Below are positions 37,835 to 44,197 of a stretch of DNA of 44,197 nt, piece after piece. The notes under the pieces are model-generated. The model ran no database searches, was not told the DNA's origin, and worked only from the letters and a program-made list of their open reading frames with translations. Every line of letters starts with the position of its first letter. Position 1 is the stretch's first letter. A program made the position numbers and the translations under genes. The stretch comes from Hydrurus foetidus (lineage: Eukaryota), in the NCBI GenBank assembly GCA_900617105.1, contig UYFQ01000600.1, forward strand, positions 372,001 through 416,197, in the 5' to 3' direction.

Positions 37835-40800
37835 CTACTGCCCCGGCGCGATCACCGCCCGGCCGGCGTCCGAGCGCGCAGTGATCGCGGGCCGGTACAT
37901 GTCCTTGGCCACCGCGCCGGGCAGGAAGAACTCGCCCGGCGTCACCGCCCGCGCCACATAGGCCAGGGCGAAGGGCTTGTTGCCCTCCAGGTCCAGGGCC
38001 GCGATGAAGCGGTCGTCGCGGCTTTCCTGCACGTCAGCGCCGGTCAGTTCGCCCAGGAACCGGTAGGGCCCGTTCTGGGCGTCGTCGGCGCCCAGCGTGG
38101 TCTCGATCTCGAAGCCGGCCGGCAGGGCGTCGTCGACCACCAGAGCGGTCGAACGGGCCTGCATCGAACGGCCGGAGACCAGCACGATGATCCGGTCGCC
38201 CTGGCGGATCGTGGCGGGATCCACCGCCGCCCCGGTCATCGACAGCAGACGCTTGCCCACGAACAGGCCGTTGGCCGATGCCCCCGGCGAGGCTGTCGGC
38301 GTGCCGCGAACACTGACCGTCCGCCACAAGGCGCCCTTGCTGGTGTTGGTGAAGCGGCTGTCGGCCAGCTTGCCCACCGCCCAGCGCGGCGCGCCGCCGG
38401 CCGGCGGCAGGGCCATGGCCCCCTTGGCGTCGATCGAGATCGGTCCGGCCGCCTTCAGCAGGGCGAAGGCCGCGTGCAGCACGGCCGCCTGTTCCTGGGT
38501 GTTCAGCGCGTCAGGATCCTTGACCACGTTTTCGAGGCGGCCCTGCAGCTGGCGGGCGATGTCGCCCTGACCCGACTCGACGGCCAGGGCGGTCAGCCCC
38601 GCCACATCGCGCAGCGGGCTCTGGTACCAGTCCTGATCGTCGCGATAGCCCAGCGACTTGACCGCCTGGCGCATGGCCGAGCGGGCCCGGGCGTTGTCGC
38701 CCATCCGGGCCAGGCCGGCGGCGACATAGGCCTTGGCCATCGGCTGGTCCTCGTCCTTCATCTGCACGTCGTGCCACCAGCGCAGGCGGGCCAGGTCGCC
38801 CTTGCCGCCCTTGGCCATCACATAGAGGGCATAGGCCGAGGCCCGGCGGCGCATGCGTTCGGTGGCCTTCTTGGACAGCTCGGGCGTGGCGGCCCACCAT
38901 TCGGGATATTCCATCCGGTAGGAGACCGAGGCCCAGCCGTCGGGACGGCTGATCTGGCGCATGGCGTTCATGGCCTTGTCGATCGCGGCGTCCGGCACGG
39001 CCACGCCCTGGGCCCGGCTTCCAGCAGGAAGTCGGTCGTATAGGCGCCCAGCCAGGCGTCGGCCTCGCCGTCGCCCACCCGCCACAGGCCGAAGGCGCCG
39101 TCGAGGGTCTGGCGGTCCAGCAGCTTGCCCACCGCGCCGGCCAGGGCCGCCGGGGTGCGTTTCAGCTTGGGATCGCTGGTCAGGCTCTGGGCGTACAGCA
39201 GCGGATAGGCGGTCGAGACCAGCTGCTCGGTGCAGCCATAGGGATAGCGTTGCAGGGCCACCGCGATCGCCGCCGGGTCGAAGCCCTTGAACGGCGAATA
39301 GCTGACCTGCAGCGTCACGTCCCCGGCCGCGAGGCCGCTCATCAGGGCGTAGGAGGGCGTGAAGGCCGCGCCCGGTTGCTGCAGTTCCGTGGTGGTGCGA
39401 ACCACATCGCCCCAGCCCAGGCGGGTCTGGATCGGATAGTCCTTGGCTGTCGCGAAGCCGGGGCCGGCCACCTTGAAACCGATCTTGCCGATGCCGGTGA
39501 CGTCGGGGGCCAGGAAGGGGATCTTCGGCGATCCGTTGTCCCAGGATCAGCTGGAACACCTTCTTGAAGGCCACCTTCAGCCCACCCGACGAGAAGGCCT
39601 CGGCGGTATAGGCGCCGGGTTTGCCCTCGACATTGTGCAGCTCCAGCGTGGCCATGGCCTTGTCGCCGGGGGCCAGGAAGCGCGGCAGGTTGAGGTCGGC
39701 CACCACCGGCTGGCGCACGGTCAGGGGCTTGGAGCCCGAGCCGACGGCGGTGTCGGTCCAGGCCACGGCCATCAGCCGCAGCTCGCCGTTGAAGTCGGCG
39801 GCCGGCAGCTTGACCACCGCCTTGCCGTCCAGGCCGGTCTCGACCACGCCCGACCACAGGGCCACGGTCTTGATCGGGGTGACGGTCAGGCCCTCGCCGC
39901 CCACCTCGTCGGCGCCGAAATTGACATTGGCCGGCGCGCCCAGATTGGGATCGAGCAGGCGGCCATAGTCGTCGCGATAGTCGACGCCCAGGGCCCGCTT
40001 GCCGAAGTACCATTTCACTGGATCGGGCTGTCCTGACGGGTCAGGCGCAGAATGCCCTCGTCCACCGCCGCGATGGTGACGTGGCGCGCTGGCCGAGACC
40101 AGGCCCTTCACCGCCACGGGGATCTCGACCGGGCCTTGGAGTCGATCTTCACGGGCGTACCCAGATCGACGGTCAGCTTCCGGCTCTTGGGATCCAGCGG
40201 CACATAGACCAGACCCAGGGCGCGACGCGGCTTGGGCGAGGCGACCGGATCGCGCGGCTGGATGACGCTGACCATCACATAGGCCCCGCCGCCCCAGGCG
40301 GCCGAGGTCTTCAGGCGCACGGTCGTCCCGTTCTCGCCGACGGAGACGGTCTTCAGGTCGATCAGGCGGTCGGTGGCGACGGCGATCTGGGCTTCACCGG
40401 CATAGGGCGGCTTGAGCGTGATCTCGACCGTATCGCCCTGGACATAGGCCTTGGTCCCGGCGCTGACGCGCACGAAGTCGGGGGCCTCGGCGTCCTTGGC
40501 GGGCGAACCCCAGCCGGCGGCGAAGCGGGTGACGGTGCGGGAGCCATCGGCGCCCTCGACCACCAGGCGATAGTCGCCCCAGCCCAGGCGGCGCGTGAAG
40601 CGGGCCGGATCGCCGGCGCCGATGTTCACCGTGGCCTTGGCCACCACCGCGTCGCGGCTGGTGCGCCGCCACTGCCAGCGGCCATCCTGCTGGAACCAGT
40701 CATAGTCCCAGTTCTCGCTGATCAGGGTGTAGGTCGCGGTCGCGCCCACCCGCTTGCCGGCGGCGTTGACGGCGATGAGGTTCAGGCTGATCGGCGGATC

Positions 40801-42880
40801 GCCCTTGGCGCTGTCGCCCTGGTCGACCTTGACCCCGAAATAGAGCGGCTTGGCGCGGACCTTCAGGTCCAGGCCTTCGCGGACCGGACGCCCGCCCGGC
40901 TCGAACACCGAGGTGGTGACGGCGGCGACCAGCGGCTGGGCCGTGTCGCCGGCCAGATCACTGGCGACGGATCAGCAGCACCCGGCCTTCGCCATCGGTG
41001 ACCGTCGTACCCAGTTCCAGGAACTTCTCCTCGAACGGCTTGTCGGCGTCGCCCCAGACATAGTCCTTGAAGGCGGGAAGGGATCGGCGTCGGCGCGCAG
41101 CCGCGCCTCGCCTTGCGTCTGCAACCCGGCTCGGCGCGCCATACAGGAAGCGGGCCGAGACATCGACCTTGCGGGTCTCGCCCACGCCCAGCGGGATAGA
41201 CTCCTGGCCCGTGGCCGTGACCGCCAGGCGTTGCGGCGCGAAGTCCTCGACGCTGAAGGTCAGGCTGCCAGAAGCGGCCTCGATACCCTCGATCTTCAGC
41301 TCGGCCACCCAGCGCCCGCGCGGCGCAGAGCGCGGCAGGGCGATGTCGGCCAGCACGGCGCCGGCCTTGGCGCCGCTGAACGGATAGCGTTTGAACTCGA
41401 CGCCCGAGGGCCGCTTGACGACGATCTCGCCCTTGCGGTCATTGACGGCCTTGGCCAGCCGGTCGCGGACCATGGCGGTCAGGTGGACGGTCTCGCCGGG
41501 CCGATAGATGCCGCGGTCGGCATAGAGATAGCCGTCGATATCGGTGCGGGTGGAGCGGCCGGCGGTGGCGCCTTCGCGGCCGCCGACGCCCTGCTTGGAC
41601 AGGTCGACCGGCGAGCGGTCCAGGTCCAGCACCGCCAGGTCGCCCTGCGGTCCATAGGCCATGACCATCTTGGCGCGCTCGGAGCCTTCGCCTTCCAGCA
41701 AGGGACGCAGGAAGCGCACGCGGCCGTCGGCGTCGCTCTTGGCCTCGGCCAGGTCCTCGCCGTCCTTGGCCACCAGGGCCACGCGGACGCCGGCGATCGT
41801 CTTGGCGCTCTTCAGCGAGCGGACCACCACATCGAGGGATTCCGAGCCGTCATAGGCGATCATCGCCATGTCGGTGAACACGATCCAGCGCCGGGCCTGG
41901 GCGGGCGGGGTGTCGCCTTCCTCGTCCGGATTGCGACCGCCCGAGGCGTCGCGCGCCTTGATCATGTAGCCGCCGGCCTTCATGTCCTTGAGCACGGCGC
42001 CCAGCGGGAAGACGGTGGTGGCTTTCTGGCCGGTCGCGCCGGTGACGGGCACAACGCCCTTCCAGACGCGGCGGCCGTCCTCGCCGACACTGTCGTCGCC
42101 ATAGTCGCCGGCCCAGTCACCCTCGCCGGTGGGATCGGGCGCGCTGATCGACTTGCGCACCAGATTGCGGTCGGAAACCCGCCAGACCTCGATGGCCAGG
42201 GCCTGGACATTGATGGTCTCGATGCCGACGCCGTCGGACTCCTCGCGCGGCAGGATCACGCCGTCGCCGGCGAAGCCGACATAGGGGGGCTTCTCGCCAA
42301 AGGTGAAATCGACATCGGCATTGGCGGCCAGGGTCTCGCCGCCCTTGGCCGGCAGGCCCTTGAGGAGCGTGACGCGATGGTCGGTGAAGCCCACGCCGCC
42401 GACGCACAGCTCGTCGCCCTTGACCCGCACGGCGGGCGTGCGGCCGATGTCGGGCGAGACCAGCACATAGTCGGCATAGGCCTTGGACGGATCCAGCGGC
42501 TTGCTCATCCGCACGCAGGCCATCGGGTCCTGGCCGGAGCTCTCGATGCGGCTCTGCCAGACGGCGAACGCTTCGGGCTTGGGAATGCCGCGACGCGGGG
42601 CGCCGGCCGCGCGGGGCTTGCCGAACAGCGACCAGGCCTCGCCCTTGACCGGGGCCGAGGCGACAGCGCTCTTGTTTCCGCCGAACCAGCCCAGATCGCC
42701 GGCCTTGCCGGTCAGCAGGCCGCCGCCGAAGCCGATGACCAGCGCGCCGGTCGCGATGGCCGCGATGCGCACGCGCGCGTCAGCGGACCAGCGCGCCTTC
42801 AGGCGCTCGATCAGCGTGGGCTGGGAAACGGGCGTCGGATCGTTGGAACCGCTCGCGGGCGGCGTCTCGTCCATCGACAT
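37835..42880 (-). CDS. Bacterial alpha-2-macroglobulin (YfhM-like); split by several frameshifts
   Basis: Y.DRGIYRPGETVH, VEDFAP, DDYGRLL, FNGELRLMAVAW, LPRFLAPGD, thioester YPYGCTEQ, DALPAGFEIE, YVARAVTPG..DMYRP. Confidence 0.92.
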
Positions 42881-42951
42881 TCCACAATCCCCCGGTTCAC
42901 CACGTTCGAAAATCGATGTGACGTGAAGCGGGGGGGCGGGTCAACGGGGCC

Positions 42952-43764
42952 TTAGCCCATGAATTCAACCTGGCCGGTCTGCAGGCTGTAGACGGCCGAG
43001 ACCACCTTCAGGCGACCCGCCGCGATGCGGCTGCTGAAGGCCTCGTCGGCGGTCTTCAGACGTTCGGCGATGTTCTTGGCGTTCTGGCGGATCGCGGCGT
43101 CCTGCAGGTCGGCCGGACGGCTTTCCTCGGCCTCGATCACGGCCGGCAGGATGGGCAGGGCCATGTCGAACAGGGCGCCGTGCAGGTGGGCGTGCTTGGT
43201 GGCGACATCCACCGCCGCCCCGACCGCGCCGCACTTGGTGTGGCCCAGAACCACGATCAGCGGCGCGCCCAGGTGCTCGACCGCGTAGAGGATCGAGCCC
43301 AGGCCTTCGCGGCTGACGGTCGAGCCGGCCGTGCGGACCACGAACAGCTCACCCAGGGTGCAGTCAAAGACCAGTTCCGGCGGCACGCGGCTGTCGGAGC
43401 AGCCCACGACGATCGCGAAAGGTTTCTGGCCGTTGGAAAGCTCGTTGATCCGCGCCCAGCTGGGCAGGGCCATGCTGGCGCCGCCGCGGGCGAAGATCGC
43501 ATTGCCGTGCTTGAGACGACCCAGGGCCTCATTGGGATCGATCAGAACTTCTTCCGGCTCGGTCTGCATCGGCTTGGGATATTCCGCCACCGACGAGCGC
43601 ACGGGCGCGGGCGCGGCATAGGCCGGGGCGGCCGCCGGACGCGGCCGGGGCGCGACCTTGCGCGGGGCGGGCGCGTGGTGATCGTCACCCTCGGCCAGGG
43701 CCGCCAGCGGTGCGCCGGTCAGCCCCGAGGCCAGAACGCCCAGCAAAAGTCTTCTCGAAACCAT
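42952..43764 (-). CDS. Beta-class carbonic anhydrase with Tat-like signal
   Basis: MVSRRLLLG..ALA signal, Pro/Ala linker, GQKPFA, GCSDSRVPPE, GELFVVRTAG, LGHTKCGAV, YSLQTG. Confidence 0.88.
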   Translation of the reverse strand: MVSRRLLLGVLASGLTGAPLAALAEGDDHHAPAPRKVAPRPRPAAAPAYAAPAPVRSSVAEYPKPMQTEPEEVLIDPNEALGRLKHGNAIFARGGASMALPSWARINELSNGQKPFAIVVGCSDSRVPPELVFDCTLGELFVVRTAGSTVSREGLGSILYAVEHLGAPLIVVLGHTKCGAVGAAVDVATKHAHLHGALFDMALPILPAVIEAEESRPADLQDAAIRQNAKNIAERLKTADEAFSSRIAAGRLKVVSAVYSLQTGQVEFMG

Positions 43765-43844
43765 CTCGTCCCCCGACGCGGGTTGTCAGTCGGCTACAGG
43801 ACTAGAGAGACAAGGTTAACCGAGCGTAGGTTTTCGCAACGTGA

Positions 43845-44197
43845 TCACAGCGGCAATTCCGCGCGCTTGACCACGGTGCGCAGGGCGATGCTGGAACTGA
43901 CCCGCACAACGCCCGGGATCCGCGTCAGCTCCTGGGCATGAACCCGCTCGAGGTCGTCGACATCGCGCACCACCAGCCGCAACAGATAGTCCGAGCCGCC
44001 GGTCATCAGATAGCACTCGGCCACTTCGCGGACGCCGGCTATGGCTTTCTCGAAGGCGCTCAGGGTGGCCTCGGCCTGGGACGACAGGGTCACGGTGACG
44101 AAGACGCTGAGCGGCAGGCCCACGGCGCGCTCGTCGATCACGGCCGCATAGCGCCCGATCACCCCCGCTTCTTCCAGGGCGCGCACGCGACGAAGGC
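43845..44197 (-). CDS. Lrp/AsnC transcriptional regulator (5'-truncated by window edge)
   Basis: RRVRALEEAGVIGRY, ECYLMTGGSDYLL, IPGVVRVSSSIAL. Confidence 0.92.
   Translation of the reverse strand, partial: LRRVRALEEAGVIGRYAAVIDERAVGLPLSVFVTVTLSSQAEATLSAFEKAIAGVREVAECYLMTGGSDYLLRLVVRDVDDLERVHAQELTRIPGVVRVSSSIALRTVVKRAELPL

Noticed and set aside
43814..43821. GGTTAACC palindrome upstream of the Tat carbonic anhydrase as a CtrA site
   Set aside because: Single half-site only; insufficient evidence
691..43941. Many long antisense or alternative-frame ORFs (e.g. 691..1698-, 8521..10185-, 29239..31839+, 40850..42955+)
   Set aside because: Shadow ORFs expected from high-GC codon bias; they overlap well-supported genes and lack motifs
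1..44197. CRISPR array, tRNA/rRNA, IS, prophage or defence system
   Set aside because: No regularly spaced repeats, RNA gene signatures, transposase/integrase or defence domains recognised; the repeats are dispersed palindromes

Overview
GC-rich (visually ~68-70%) alphaproteobacterial chromosome segment, most like Caulobacter (Caulobacteraceae): it carries chpT, nepR-sigT(ecfG), phyR and phyK. There is no integrase, transposase, phage gene, rRNA, tRNA or CRISPR array. Left arm: acyl-CoA carboxyltransferase 3' end, gshB, LexA-boxed comM, an orphan gltB 3' relic, maeB, dapB, ydbH-ynbE-ydbL, an EamA exporter, cysQ, DUF3553 and chpT-cheY-cheR. Centre (~15.3-28.2 kb): a general-stress-response (GSR) supercluster. 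It holds the phyK-sigT-nepR/phyR core, about ten SigT-type promoters read from the DNA (GGAAC-N16/17-CGTT, three divergent pairs), a GsrN-like sRNA, an entericidin missed by the ORF track, small membrane and lipoproteins, a DAG kinase/metallophosphoesterase pair, Fe-SOD, a DUF883 pair, an HWE hybrid kinase and a DUF4142 lipoprotein. Right arm: PaaI thioesterase, ABC permease-M1 peptidase fusion plus ATPase, FAH-maiA-can, pbpC, alpha-2-macroglobulin, a Tat-type beta-carbonic anhydrase and an Lrp regulator. Seven ~90-135 bp palindromic repeats are present, and one appears to form the N-terminus of PBP1C. At least 17 genes are broken by small indels, most likely long-read consensus errors, so split-gene coordinates are reconstructions. 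All calls come from motif recognition by eye; no database search was run.
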